Assembly: GCA_902510055.1 (NCBI GenBank)
Contig: CABWZY010000005.1
Span: 1 to 57,863 of the forward strand
DNA length: 57,863 nucleotides
DNA from: an uncultured Candidatus Actinomarina sp.
Lineage (GTDB): Bacteria > Actinomycetota > Acidimicrobiia > Actinomarinales > Actinomarinaceae
Direction of reading: 5' to 3'
The notes beneath the pieces were generated by a model. That model was not told where the DNA came from. It worked only from the letters and a program-made list of their open reading frames with translations, and searched no databases. Shown piece after piece: positions 18,085 to 27,292 of this stretch. Position 1 is the first letter of the stretch; every line of letters starts with the position of its first letter. The translations under genes were made by a program, and so were the position numbers.

Positions 18085-18656
18085 TGGAAATTTTATTAGC
18101 TACTAAAAATAAGAATAAGTTTATAGAGTTAAAAAATATTTTTGATCAATCAAACTCTGAACATGAGATTCTCTTTTATCCAGATTTAATTGAAGTAGAA
18201 GAAGATAAAGAAACTATTTTGGATAATGCAAAGAAGAAAGCAATTGAGGTATTCAACCAGTATGAAAAACCTGTTATTGCTGATGATTCTGGTTTATTTG
18301 TTGATTCTTTAAATGGCCATCCTGGAGTTAAATCAGCACGTTATGCAGGAGATGAAGCTAATGACGAAGATAATATTCAAAAGGTATTAAATGAAATGGC
18401 AAATGAAGAAAATAGAACAGCTTCTTTTAAAACTGTATTGTTTTTCTACGACGGAAAAAATGAATTAACAACAGAAGGAATTTTGGATGGACAAATTACA
18501 TTTGAGAGGAGAGGGGATAATGGATTTGGATATGATCCAATATTTGAATATGAAGAAAGAACCCTTGCAGAACTTTCATTAAATGAAAAAACAGAGATAA
18601 GTCATAGAAATATTGCATGCACTAAGATGGTTGAGTTGTTAAATGAAAAAATATAA
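18084..18656 (+). CDS. rdgB: dITP/XTP pyrophosphatase (RdgB/HAM1)
   Basis: ADDSGL.VD.L.G.PGVKSARY, GFGYDPIF, ISHR; follows rph. Confidence 0.95.
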   Translation: MEILLATKNKNKFIELKNIFDQSNSEHEILFYPDLIEVEEDKETILDNAKKKAIEVFNQYEKPVIADDSGLFVDSLNGHPGVKSARYAGDEANDEDNIQKVLNEMANEENRTASFKTVLFFYDGKNELTTEGILDGQITFERRGDNGFGYDPIFEYEERTLAELSLNEKTEISHRNIACTKMVELLNEKI

Positions 18657-19323
18657 AAATCTATTAGTAATCTTTTTGTGCTTATTTTTTTCTTCATGTC
18701 AGGCTGAATGGATTATGGATCTTGAAATAAACGAGGATGAGTCAGGAAAGTACTCTATTTCTATTTTACTAGATCAAGAAGCACAGATATTCGCCATAGA
18801 AACTGGTCAGACTGAAATAGGAGGTCTGGAATCAATTGTTGAATCTTTGCCTGAAGGTTTTGGCTCAACTGTTTATCAAAAAGATAAAATGTTTGGAATA
18901 ATGATTCGTAATTCATTCAATAGTATTGAAGAGTTTGAACAACAACTTGATATTTTGTTAAGCGGTGAAAATACTGCATTGTTACTCTTGCCTCTCCAGG
19001 AAATCAAACTCGAGAAAGATGAAAAAGAATTTAAGGTATATGGCGAATTTTCTGCATTACTTAATGGTGAGAATATCACACCAGAAGCAGCTGAAAATTT
19101 ATATTCAGGAAAATTAATGGTAAAAGCACCAGGCAGGATAACAAAACCAAAATTAGATGAAATAAACAATAATACAATTATTTTTACTCATGCAGGATTA
19201 TTAGAGCAGTCTTTCGAAGTCCAATCTACAACATCAAAAATAAATATTACACGTATATTGATTTTCAGTATTTTAGCTATAGCAATATATTTTTTTGGTA
19301 GACAAGTAATAAATAATAAGTAG
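18643..19323 (+). CDS. Putative lipoprotein with C-terminal TM (LppM/DUF3153-like)
   Basis: Lipobox FFSSC, ..INEDESG.., C-terminal hydrophobic anchor. Confidence 0.6.
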   Translation: MKKYKNLLVIFLCLFFSSCQAEWIMDLEINEDESGKYSISILLDQEAQIFAIETGQTEIGGLESIVESLPEGFGSTVYQKDKMFGIMIRNSFNSIEEFEQQLDILLSGENTALLLLPLQEIKLEKDEKEFKVYGEFSALLNGENITPEAAENLYSGKLMVKAPGRITKPKLDEINNNTIIFTHAGLLEQSFEVQSTTSKINITRILIFSILAIAIYFFGRQVINNK

Positions 19324-19332
19324 TATTAATCA

Positions 19333-19359
19333 ATGATGAACATCATAATTATTATTTAA
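19333..19359 (+). CDS. Poly-Ile leader peptide MMNIIIII
   Basis: ATG ATG AAC ATC ATA ATT ATT ATT TAA, upstream of a terminator and an Ile-biosynthesis gene. Confidence 0.75.
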   Translation: MMNIIIII

Positions 19360-19408
19360 GAACAACGAACTAGTCGTTGTTTCCCTTGCGTTGCAGGGGT
19401 TTTTTTTT
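19360..19408 (+). promoter_or_regulatory. Attenuator: hairpin plus intrinsic terminator
   Basis: aacaacga-actag-tcgttgtt (19361-19381); cccttgc-gtt-gcagggg + T9 (19383-19408), 12 nt before the cimA ATG. Confidence 0.75.
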
Positions 19409-19420
19409 GGAAGAGAGAAA

Positions 19421-20977
19421 ATGAAGATAGATGTATTTGATACAACCCTAAGGGACGGGTTCCAGCAGGAAGGAATTTCACCTTCTGTTAAAGATAAGCT
19501 TGCTATTGCTAAGTTACTTGACGATCTAGGTGTAGATTATATTGAAGGTGGCTGGCCCGGTGCTTCTCCCAAAGAAGAAGAGTTTTTTGATAAAGCAAAG
19601 AAAGAATTAAAGCTTACAAATGCAAAATTAGTTAGTTTCGGTTCTACGAGAAAACTAAATATAAAGGTTGAAGACGACCCCCAAGTTAAAGCTTTAGTTG
19701 ACGCTGGAACAGAATATGTTTGTATTGTTGGTAAATCTTCTAATTTGCATATTACCAAGGCTATAGAAACTGATGTAGAAGAAGCAATCAAGATGGCAAC
19801 AGAAACTATTGAATATTTAAGATCAAATGGTAAGAAGGTATTTTTTGATGCTGAACATTTCTTTGATGGATATAAAGAGAATTCAGAGGTAAGTTATAAA
19901 ATCCTTGATGCAGTAATTGATGAGGGCGTTGATTGTTTTATTTTTTGTGATACCAATGGTGGAACCCTTCCACATGAGGTAACTGAGATATTAGGGGAGA
20001 TAACAAAAAAATATCATAAGCAGAAATTTGGTGTGCATTTTCAAAATGATAACGGATGCGCTGTACCAAATTCAATGGCTGCTGTGAATCTAGGAGTAGA
20101 TCATGTCCAAGGAACTATGAATGGATATGGTGAGAGAACTGGCAATGCTGATTTATGTACTTTGCTTCCAAACTTAACTTTGAAAATGGAACATGATACC
20201 GTTCCTTTGGATTCTCTTGAAAAATTAACACCGATTGCAAATCATATTGCAGAACTAGTAAATGTAGCTATTGATTCAAGACATCCTTATGTTGGGTCAT
20301 CAGCATTTACACATAAAGCTGGCCTACATGCTTCAGGTATGGCGAAAGATAGTTCACTTTATGAACATATCGATTCAAGTAAAGTTGGGAACTTTACAAG
20401 GACAACAGTTTCTGAGCTAGCAGGAAGAGCTAGCGTTATAACAAAAGCAAAAGAATTCAATATTGAACTTTCAAATGAAGATGCAAAAAAATTAATAGAA
20501 GAAGTACAGAATCTTGAACATCAAGGTTTCCAATTTGAAGCTGCTGATGGCTCTTTATTTTTATTAATGAATAAGATAAAAGGTTCAAATCCGGATTATT
20601 TTGATTTTGAAAGCTTTAGAGTATTTTCTGAAAGAAGAAATTCTGAGAATGTTGTTTCAGAAGCTGTTTGCAAGATTAACGTCAACGATCAAAGATATGT
20701 CACTACGGGTGAAGGAGTTGGCCCTGTTGATGCATTAAGTAAAGCTTTAGTAAGTGCCCTTCGTAATGACTATCCAGACATAGAAGTTGTTAAGCTAATA
20801 GACTACAAAGTTAGAATCATTGACTCAACTGATGGAACAGAAGCTACGACAAGAGTGTTAGTTGAGTTTACAGATGGAAAAAGAAAGTGGAATACTGTAG
20901 GAGTACACCAAAATATTATTAATGCATCTTGGAATGCTCTTTGTGACGGTTTCAATTTCTATTTTATGTCTTCTTAA
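19421..20977 (+). CDS. cimA: Citramalate synthase (CimA, LeuA-like DRE-TIM family)
   Basis: DTTLRDG.Q.EGIS, YIEGGWPG, FFDAEHFFDGYK, CDTNGG, NGYGERTGNA, IDYKVRI. ATG at 19421 preferred over TTG at 19391. Confidence 0.9.
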   Translation: MKIDVFDTTLRDGFQQEGISPSVKDKLAIAKLLDDLGVDYIEGGWPGASPKEEEFFDKAKKELKLTNAKLVSFGSTRKLNIKVEDDPQVKALVDAGTEYVCIVGKSSNLHITKAIETDVEEAIKMATETIEYLRSNGKKVFFDAEHFFDGYKENSEVSYKILDAVIDEGVDCFIFCDTNGGTLPHEVTEILGEITKKYHKQKFGVHFQNDNGCAVPNSMAAVNLGVDHVQGTMNGYGERTGNADLCTLLPNLTLKMEHDTVPLDSLEKLTPIANHIAELVNVAIDSRHPYVGSSAFTHKAGLHASGMAKDSSLYEHIDSSKVGNFTRTTVSELAGRASVITKAKEFNIELSNEDAKKLIEEVQNLEHQGFQFEAADGSLFLLMNKIKGSNPDYFDFESFRVFSERRNSENVVSEAVCKINVNDQRYVTTGEGVGPVDALSKALVSALRNDYPDIEVVKLIDYKVRIIDSTDGTEATTRVLVEFTDGKRKWNTVGVHQNIINASWNALCDGFNFYFMSS

Positions 20978-21029
20978 TTAGATTTTTTTATAACATTTTA
21001 TTTATACTATTTAATGTAAGGAAAATAAC

Positions 21030-22976
21030 ATGAATGAAAAAATTGAGAACTTATTAAACGAAGATCGTTTATTTGAACCAAGTGAAGAATTAAAAAATAA
21101 TGCAAATGCAACATCAGAATGGTTTAAAAATGCTGAAGAAGATAGATTAGAGTACTGGAAGCAACAGGCGCTTAATAGAATAACGTGGTTTAAAGAACCT
21201 ACCGAAGTCTTAGATGATTCAAATGCACCATTTTTTAAATGGTTTAGTGATGGAGAGTTAAACCTTTCATATAACTGCCTTGATAGACATTTAGAAACAG
21301 ACGGGGATAGAGTCGCATATTACTGGGAAGGCGAACCCGGAGATACTCAAGAGATTACCTATAGAGATCTTTATGAAAGAGTATGTAAGTTATCAAATGC
21401 ACTTAAAAGTTTAGGAGTGCAAAAAGGAGATAGGATAGCTATTTATCTTGGTATGACCCCTGAGATAGTAGTTTCTATGCTTGCTTGTGCAAGAATTGGA
21501 GCAGTGCACTCTGTAGTATTTGGTGGATTTTCAGCCGAAGCACTTTCTGATCGTATAAATGATGCTGAAGCAAAGGTTGTTATAACAGCTGATGGTGCAT
21601 GGAGAAGAGGGGATATTGTTCCTCTAAAAGAGAACGTGGACAATTCCTTAGAGCTAACTGAATTCATTGAAAGTGTGATTGTAGTAAAAAGAACCGGACA
21701 AGAAGTAGATATGAAAGATGGTAGGGATTATTGGTATGAGGAGATTGTTGGAGAGCAGTCTGCAGAGTGTGAGCCTGAAGTAATGAATGCAGAAGACTTA
21801 CTCTACATACTTTATACTTCTGGAACCACAGCAAAACCAAAAGGCATTGTTCACACACAGGCAGGTTATTTAACTGGTGTTACTACAACTCATAGTGCAG
21901 TATTTGATGTTAAAGATGATGATATTTATTGGTGTGCAGCAGACTGTGGATGGGTTACTGGACATAGTTATATTGTCTATGGACCATTAGCTAACAAAAC
22001 AACAAGTGTTATGTATGAAGGAGCACCAAATGCGCCAGATGAAAAAAGGTTATGGAGCATAGTTGAGAAATATAAAGTAAATATTTTTTATACAGCACCA
22101 ACTGCGATTAGAGCATTTATGAAGTGGGGAGTTGAACATCCAAAAGCTCACGATTTAAGTTCACTAAGACTCCTTGGGTCTGTTGGAGAACCAATAAACC
22201 CTGAAGCTTGGATGTGGTATCACGAAAATATTGGCAATGAGCAATGCGCTATTGTTGATACCTGGTGGCAGACAGAAACAGGATCAATTATGATTTCACC
22301 TCTACCGGGAATAACTAGTACAAAACCAGGATCAGCATGCGGACCATTACCTGGGATTGATTCTGTGGTTATTGATGAAAAAGGTAATGAAGTTGGAAAA
22401 GGTGAAGGGGGTTATCTTGCTATTAAGTCTCCTTGGCCGTCCATGTTAAGAACTGTATATGGAGACGATAAAAGATATCTCGATACGTATTGGTCACAAC
22501 ACGAAGGTCTGTACTTTGCAGGTGATGGAGCTAAATATGATGATGATGGTTACGTATGGTTACTTGGAAGAGTAGATGATGTAATGAATATCTCCGGTCA
22601 TAGAATCTCTACAGCTGAAGTAGAGAGCGCATTAGTTTCTCACGAATCTGTTGCTGAGGCTGCAGTAATAGGAAGGTCTGATGAGATAAGTGGCGAAGCA
22701 ATTGCTGCATTTGTTTCATTGATTGGAACAGATGAAGGAGATGAAAATTTAATATCAGAATTAAGGCAACATGTAAGTGACAAGATTGGACCTATAGCAA
22801 AACCAAAAAGCATTGTTATTACAGCTGACCTTCCAAAAACAAGAAGTGGAAAAATTATGAGAAGGTTGCTTAAAGATATTTCAGAAGAAAGAAAATTAGG
22901 TGATGTAACAACCTTAGCTAATGCAGATATAGTTTCTGAACTACAGACTCGTTCTAAAGATTCTGACGAGGATTAA
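21030..22976 (+). CDS. acs: Acetyl-CoA synthetase
   Basis: YTSGTTAKPKG, DCGWVTGHSY, VDTWWQTETG, LPKTRSGKIMRR. Confidence 0.97.
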   Translation: MNEKIENLLNEDRLFEPSEELKNNANATSEWFKNAEEDRLEYWKQQALNRITWFKEPTEVLDDSNAPFFKWFSDGELNLSYNCLDRHLETDGDRVAYYWEGEPGDTQEITYRDLYERVCKLSNALKSLGVQKGDRIAIYLGMTPEIVVSMLACARIGAVHSVVFGGFSAEALSDRINDAEAKVVITADGAWRRGDIVPLKENVDNSLELTEFIESVIVVKRTGQEVDMKDGRDYWYEEIVGEQSAECEPEVMNAEDLLYILYTSGTTAKPKGIVHTQAGYLTGVTTTHSAVFDVKDDDIYWCAADCGWVTGHSYIVYGPLANKTTSVMYEGAPNAPDEKRLWSIVEKYKVNIFYTAPTAIRAFMKWGVEHPKAHDLSSLRLLGSVGEPINPEAWMWYHENIGNEQCAIVDTWWQTETGSIMISPLPGITSTKPGSACGPLPGIDSVVIDEKGNEVGKGEGGYLAIKSPWPSMLRTVYGDDKRYLDTYWSQHEGLYFAGDGAKYDDDGYVWLLGRVDDVMNISGHRISTAEVESALVSHESVAEAAVIGRSDEISGEAIAAFVSLIGTDEGDENLISELRQHVSDKIGPIAKPKSIVITADLPKTRSGKIMRRLLKDISEERKLGDVTTLANADIVSELQTRSKDSDED

Positions 22977-22979
22977 TTC

Positions 22980-23465
22980 TTGGGCGAAAAAACTTTTACA
23001 TGGGTAGACCCAAAAGAGCTTTCTGATAACTTTCTACACTTAGATAGCGCTGATAGGAAAAAATTTGTTTTAGATCACACTATGAAACCTCCTATAGGTG
23101 AGTTGATGAATTTTCAAGGTGTTGAAATAGATGAAGAAGGTTGTGTTACCTGGATCGCTTCTCCACAAGAGTATCATTACAATCCACTTGGAAATGTTCA
23201 TGGAGGTTTTGCTGCAACGTTATTAGATTCCTGTAACAGTATTACTGCTAATTGTGCTTTAGATAAAGGTTATGGCACTATGACTGCTGAAATAAAAGTA
23301 AGTTATTTAAGAGGAATATCCTTAGATACAGGGGATATGTTTGCCAAAGGGAAAATAGAGAAACTAGGTAGAAGAGTAATTTTTGTAAGCGGTAAGTTGA
23401 CTGATAGTAATGGAACTTTATATGCAACTGCTACATCTACAGAATTAGTAGTAGAAATTAAATAA
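22980..23465 (+). CDS. PaaI-family thioesterase
   Basis: HYNPLGNVHGGFAATLLDS. Confidence 0.9.
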   Translation: MGEKTFTWVDPKELSDNFLHLDSADRKKFVLDHTMKPPIGELMNFQGVEIDEEGCVTWIASPQEYHYNPLGNVHGGFAATLLDSCNSITANCALDKGYGTMTAEIKVSYLRGISLDTGDMFAKGKIEKLGRRVIFVSGKLTDSNGTLYATATSTELVVEIK

Positions 23466-23471
23466 ACTAAG

Positions 23472-23554
23472 TGCGGATGAGAGGACTCGAACCTCCACGA
23501 GCAAAGCTCACTAGATCCTAAATCTAGCGCGTCTACCAGTTCCGCCACATCCGC
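23472..23554 (-). tRNA. tRNA-Leu(TAG)
   Basis: GCGGATGTGGCGGAACTGGTAGACGCGCTAGATTTAGGATCTAG, long variable arm, GGTTCGAGTCC. Confidence 0.95.
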
Positions 23555-23566
23555 TAAAATGTCGCG

Positions 23567-23639
23567 TGGGTCGCCGGGGACTTGAACCCCGAACCTGCGG
23601 ATTAAGAGTCCGATGCTCTACCAGTTGAGCTAGCGACCC
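23567..23639 (-). tRNA. tRNA-Lys(CTT)
   Basis: GGGTCGCTAGCTCAACTGGTAGAGCATCGGACTCTTAATCCG...GGTTCAAGTCCC. Confidence 0.95.
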
Positions 23640-23735
23640 TTTTATACAGAGTAACCTATGTAATATTAGTTAACTATAATTTTTTTGATTTATTGTTTCC
23701 ATAAAACCAGTATCATGGAACAATAATTAGACGTG

Positions 23736-23810
23736 CGGGCTGTGGCTCAGCTTGGCTAGAGCGCCTGCTTTGGGAGCAGGAGGTCGTGAGTTCGAATCTC
23801 ACCAGCCCGA
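23736..23810 (+). tRNA. tRNA-Pro(TGG)
   Basis: CGGGCTGTGGCTCAG...CCTGCTTTGGGAGCAGG...GTTCGAATC. Confidence 0.95.
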
Positions 23811-23815
23811 CGCAC

Positions 23816-23886
23816 GCGGGTGTAGCTTAGTGGTAAAGCTCCAGCCTTCCAAGCTGGCTACGAGGGTTCGATTCCCTTCACCCGCT
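23816..23886 (+). tRNA. tRNA-Gly(TCC)
   Basis: GCGGGTGTAGC...CCAGCCTTCCAAGCTGG...GGTTCGATTCCC. Confidence 0.95.
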
Positions 23887-23890
23887 CAAG

Positions 23891-23964
23891 GCTCTCGTAG
23901 CTCAAACGGATAGAGCAACAGACTTCTAATCTGTAGGTTATAGGTTCGAGTCCTATCGAGAGCG
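23891..23964 (+). tRNA. tRNA-Arg(TCT)
   Basis: GCTCTCGTAGCTCA...ACAGACTTCTAATCTGT...GGTTCGAGTCC. Confidence 0.95.
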
Positions 23965-23971
23965 CAGACGT

Positions 23972-24047
23972 GGTGATCGTAGCTCAGTCTGGTTAGAGCG
24001 CCTGGTTGTGGTCCAGGAGGTCGCGGGTTCAAATCCCGTCGGTCACC
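23972..24047 (+). tRNA. tRNA-His(GTG) with encoded G-1
   Basis: (G)GTGATCGTAGCTCAG...CCTGGTTGTGGTCCAGG...GGTTCAAATCCC. Confidence 0.95.
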
Positions 24048-24065
24048 CAAAATTTAAGGAGAATA

Positions 24066-25385
24066 GTGAAATATAAGATAAAAAATAATTCTGATTTTGA
24101 AAAAACATTGGAAATTCAAGTAGATATAAAAGATTTAGTAGATTTTAGAGAAGAGGCAATTAAGAAAATTGGAAGTCAATTAAAAATAAAAGGATTTAGA
24201 CCTGGAAAGATTCCTGCAAACATTGTAGAAAGAGAAGTAGGAGAAGAATATATTAATGAAGAAGCTGTAGAAATGTATCTACCTGAAAATTTATTTACAA
24301 TTCTTAAAGATGAAGAAATTTCACCTGCAACAAGACCAGCTATCAAAGAGATTAAGAAAAAAAAGAACTCTTTCGATGTTGAAGTACTTATAACCTTGTG
24401 GCCAAAAATTTCTAAATTACCAAAACTTGAGCAAACTGTTGAAGTTGAGTCAATTAAGCCAACAAGTGAGGAAATTGATGATCAAATAGAAAGAGTGAGA
24501 TCACAATTTGCTGAAGCAACCAAAACGGATAGAGCAGTTAAAACTGGTGATTATGTGTTAATTAACTTAACCTGCACAAAAAATAATAATGAGATTAAAG
24601 ATTTCACTTTTAGTGATCGTTTATACGAAGTAGGAACAGGTTCTTTAATAAAAAGTCTTGATAGCAAATTAGAAGGTGTTGCTTCTGGAGCGATAATTAA
24701 ATTTACAGATAATATTGAACAAATTAATGAGGAAAATGTTGATGTTACTGTTTTAGTAAAAGAAGTAAGAGAAAAGATTCTCCCAGACTTAACTGATGAA
24801 TGGGTCTCTGAAACAACGGAGTTTTCAGATATTAAGGAACTAAAGTCTGAATTAGAAAAAAATATTGAGAACGTCAAAAAACAACAAGTTTCGTCTCAAT
24901 ATCAAGCAGGGTTAACAACCAAATTAATAGAAGAAGCGGATGTAAAATTACCTGAGCAGTTAGTTGTTGCAGAAATGGATAATATTTTGCAAAATTTCTT
25001 AGCTGAATTAGAGCAAAATAATATTAAATTAGAAGACTATTTCAAAATAACTGGATTAACTGAAGAAGCCTTGAGGGAAGACTTAAACCAACAAGCTTCT
25101 AGGAACTTAAGCATGGTGTTGATATTAGATAAGGTTATTGAAGATTTTGAAATAAAATTAAATGACAATGATAATTCTCTAATAGAGGAACATATGGAAT
25201 CTCACGATAGTGATAAAGATGAGGTTGAAAATACTACCCATAGGATGAATTTAGAAGCAGAATCATTAAGAAATAAAGCTATGTTACATATTTTGCAACA
25301 TGGTGTATCAATTGATAAAAATGGTGAAAAAGTAAACCTACAGGATGTATACAATCAAGAGAGTGAAACAGGAGAGGAAGAATAG
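24066..25385 (+). CDS. tig: Trigger factor
   Basis: [10 protein letters not shown] signature; GTG at 24066 after AAGGAG (the track's start lies inside tRNA-His). Confidence 0.93.
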   Translation: MKYKIKNNSDFEKTLEIQVDIKDLVDFREEAIKKIGSQLKIKGFRPGKIPANIVEREVGEEYINEEAVEMYLPENLFTILKDEEISPATRPAIKEIKKKKNSFDVEVLITLWPKISKLPKLEQTVEVESIKPTSEEIDDQIERVRSQFAEATKTDRAVKTGDYVLINLTCTKNNNEIKDFTFSDRLYEVGTGSLIKSLDSKLEGVASGAIIKFTDNIEQINEENVDVTVLVKEVREKILPDLTDEWVSETTEFSDIKELKSELEKNIENVKKQQVSSQYQAGLTTKLIEEADVKLPEQLVVAEMDNILQNFLAELEQNNIKLEDYFKITGLTEEALREDLNQQASRNLSMVLILDKVIEDFEIKLNDNDNSLIEEHMESHDSDKDEVENTTHRMNLEAESLRNKAMLHILQHGVSIDKNGEKVNLQDVYNQESETGEEE

Positions 25386-25386
25386 T

Positions 25387-26004
25387 ATGGAAAAAGAACC
25401 TTCAAATTATGTAGTGCCTACTGTTATTGAAAATACAAACAGAGGTGAAAGAGCATTTGATATTTATTCAAGACTTTTAAAAGATAGAATTATTTTCTTG
25501 GGGACACCAATTGATGATACTGTTGCAAATTTAATTATGGCGCAGTTATTACATTTAGAGTCAGAAGATCCAGAAAAAGATATATATGTATATATCAATT
25601 CTCCAGGTGGTTCAATAACTTCTTTATTTGCTATATATGACACCATGAAATATATAAAACCAGATGTTGCAACTGTATGTATGGGTCTAGCAGCTTCTGC
25701 TGGAGCAGTAATCTTAGCTGGTGGAACACCGGGTAAAAGATACTCCCTTCCCCATGCAAGAATAATGTTACATCAACCTGCAGGTGGCGCAGAAGGAACA
25801 TCAAAAGATATTGAGATTCAAGCAAAGCTTATAACTGATATGAGGCACCAAATTAATGGGTTATTGGCAGAATTTACGAAGAAAGATATAGATCAGATAT
25901 CTGTTGATACAGATAGGGATTTCTGGATGACCGCACAAGAAGCCTTAGAATACGGTATAGTGGATGAAGTACTAACTCAAAGGGAGTTAGTAGACAAAAA
26001 ATAA
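25387..26004 (+). CDS. clpP: ATP-dependent Clp protease proteolytic subunit
   Basis: [35 protein letters not shown]; ATG at 25387 after GAGGA. Confidence 0.97.
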   Translation: MEKEPSNYVVPTVIENTNRGERAFDIYSRLLKDRIIFLGTPIDDTVANLIMAQLLHLESEDPEKDIYVYINSPGGSITSLFAIYDTMKYIKPDVATVCMGLAASAGAVILAGGTPGKRYSLPHARIMLHQPAGGAEGTSKDIEIQAKLITDMRHQINGLLAEFTKKDIDQISVDTDRDFWMTAQEALEYGIVDEVLTQRELVDKK

Positions 26005-26019
26005 CAGCAGGGTAAATAT

Positions 26020-27288
26020 ATGGCTAATAAAGAATCGTCATCAGAACCTTTAAAGTGTAGTTTTTGCGGAAAATCCCAGAAGCAAGTAATTAAATTAATC
26101 GCCGGTCCAGGTGTTTATATATGTGACGAATGTATTGAACTATGTGTAGAGATTATCGAAGAAGAAAAAGTTGAAAGCATAGATTCATCTCCTGAAGATT
26201 ACTTACCACTACCAAAAGAAATAAATCAGTCTCTCAATGAATATGTAATCGGTCAATCTGAATCTAAAAAAACACTTGCTGTTGCAGTTTATAACCATTA
26301 CAAAAGAATTTATAAAGGCGACACAATTAATGATGACTTAGAGATACAGAAATCAAACGTATTAATTTTAGGACCAACAGGAAGTGGAAAAACTTTATTA
26401 GCTCAAACATTAGCAAAAATATTACAAGTTCCTTTTGCAATAGCAGATGCTACAACATTGACAGAAGCGGGATATGTAGGTGAAGATGTAGAGAATATTT
26501 TATTATCTCTTATACAAGCAGCAGACTTTGATATTAAGAAAGCAGAAAAAGGAATAATCTATATTGATGAAATTGACAAAATCACAAGAAAATCTGACAA
26601 CCCTTCAATAACTAGAGATGTTTCTGGTGAAGGTGTTCAGCAAGCATTACTTAAAATATTAGAAGGAACGGTTGCTCAAGTACCTCCACAAGGGGGAAGA
26701 AAGCATCCTCAGCAGGAATATTTACAGATAGATACTAACAATATTTTATTTATCGTAGGAGGTGCTTTTGATGGCCTTGATGAGATAATAAATCGTAGAC
26801 TTGGTGAAAATTCAGTTGGTTTTAATACCAATTTAAAAGATAAGGATAAATTAAATTCACATGAAATATTTCAGAATGTAGAGCCAAGAGATTTAATTAA
26901 ATATGGTTTAATCCCAGAGTTTATAGGGAGGTTGCCAGTTGTAACGAGCGTTGATGAGCTAGATCAAGAAGCTTTGATAGAAATACTAACTGAACCAAAG
27001 AATGCAATTACAAAACAATTCCAGAAAATATTTGCATTAGATGATATAGAATTAAAATTTACTGATGATTCTTTAGTAGCAATGTCCGAACTTGCGCTTA
27101 AAAGAAAAACAGGAGCAAGAGGTCTTAGGTCTATTTTGGAGAAAATATTGCTTGATGAAATGTACGAATCTCCATCAAGAAAAGATATTGAGCAGATAAT
27201 TATTGATAAAGAAAATGTTACTGATGATATTCAGCCAAAAATGGTTTTAAAAGAGAAAAAAGAATCTAAAGATTCAAAACCAGCATAA
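26020..27288 (+). CDS. clpX: Clp protease ATP-binding subunit ClpX
   Basis: CSFCGK zinc finger, [22 protein letters not shown]. Confidence 0.98.
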   Translation: MANKESSSEPLKCSFCGKSQKQVIKLIAGPGVYICDECIELCVEIIEEEKVESIDSSPEDYLPLPKEINQSLNEYVIGQSESKKTLAVAVYNHYKRIYKGDTINDDLEIQKSNVLILGPTGSGKTLLAQTLAKILQVPFAIADATTLTEAGYVGEDVENILLSLIQAADFDIKKAEKGIIYIDEIDKITRKSDNPSITRDVSGEGVQQALLKILEGTVAQVPPQGGRKHPQQEYLQIDTNNILFIVGGAFDGLDEIINRRLGENSVGFNTNLKDKDKLNSHEIFQNVEPRDLIKYGLIPEFIGRLPVVTSVDELDQEALIEILTEPKNAITKQFQKIFALDDIELKFTDDSLVAMSELALKRKTGARGLRSILEKILLDEMYESPSRKDIEQIIIDKENVTDDIQPKMVLKEKKESKDSKPA

Positions 27289-27292
27289 ACCT

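Noticed and set aside
19391-19420. N-terminal extension of CimA from TTG at 19391 (MQGFFFGREK)
   Set aside because: It runs through the terminator stem and T-tract; family homology starts at ATG 19421.
23303-23548. 81-aa minus-strand ORF (MAELVDALDLGSS...)
   Set aside because: Translation of tRNA-Leu plus antisense of the thioesterase gene.
24006-24065. N-terminal extension of trigger factor
   Set aside because: Overlaps tRNA-His; GTG at 24066 has an AAGGAG SD.
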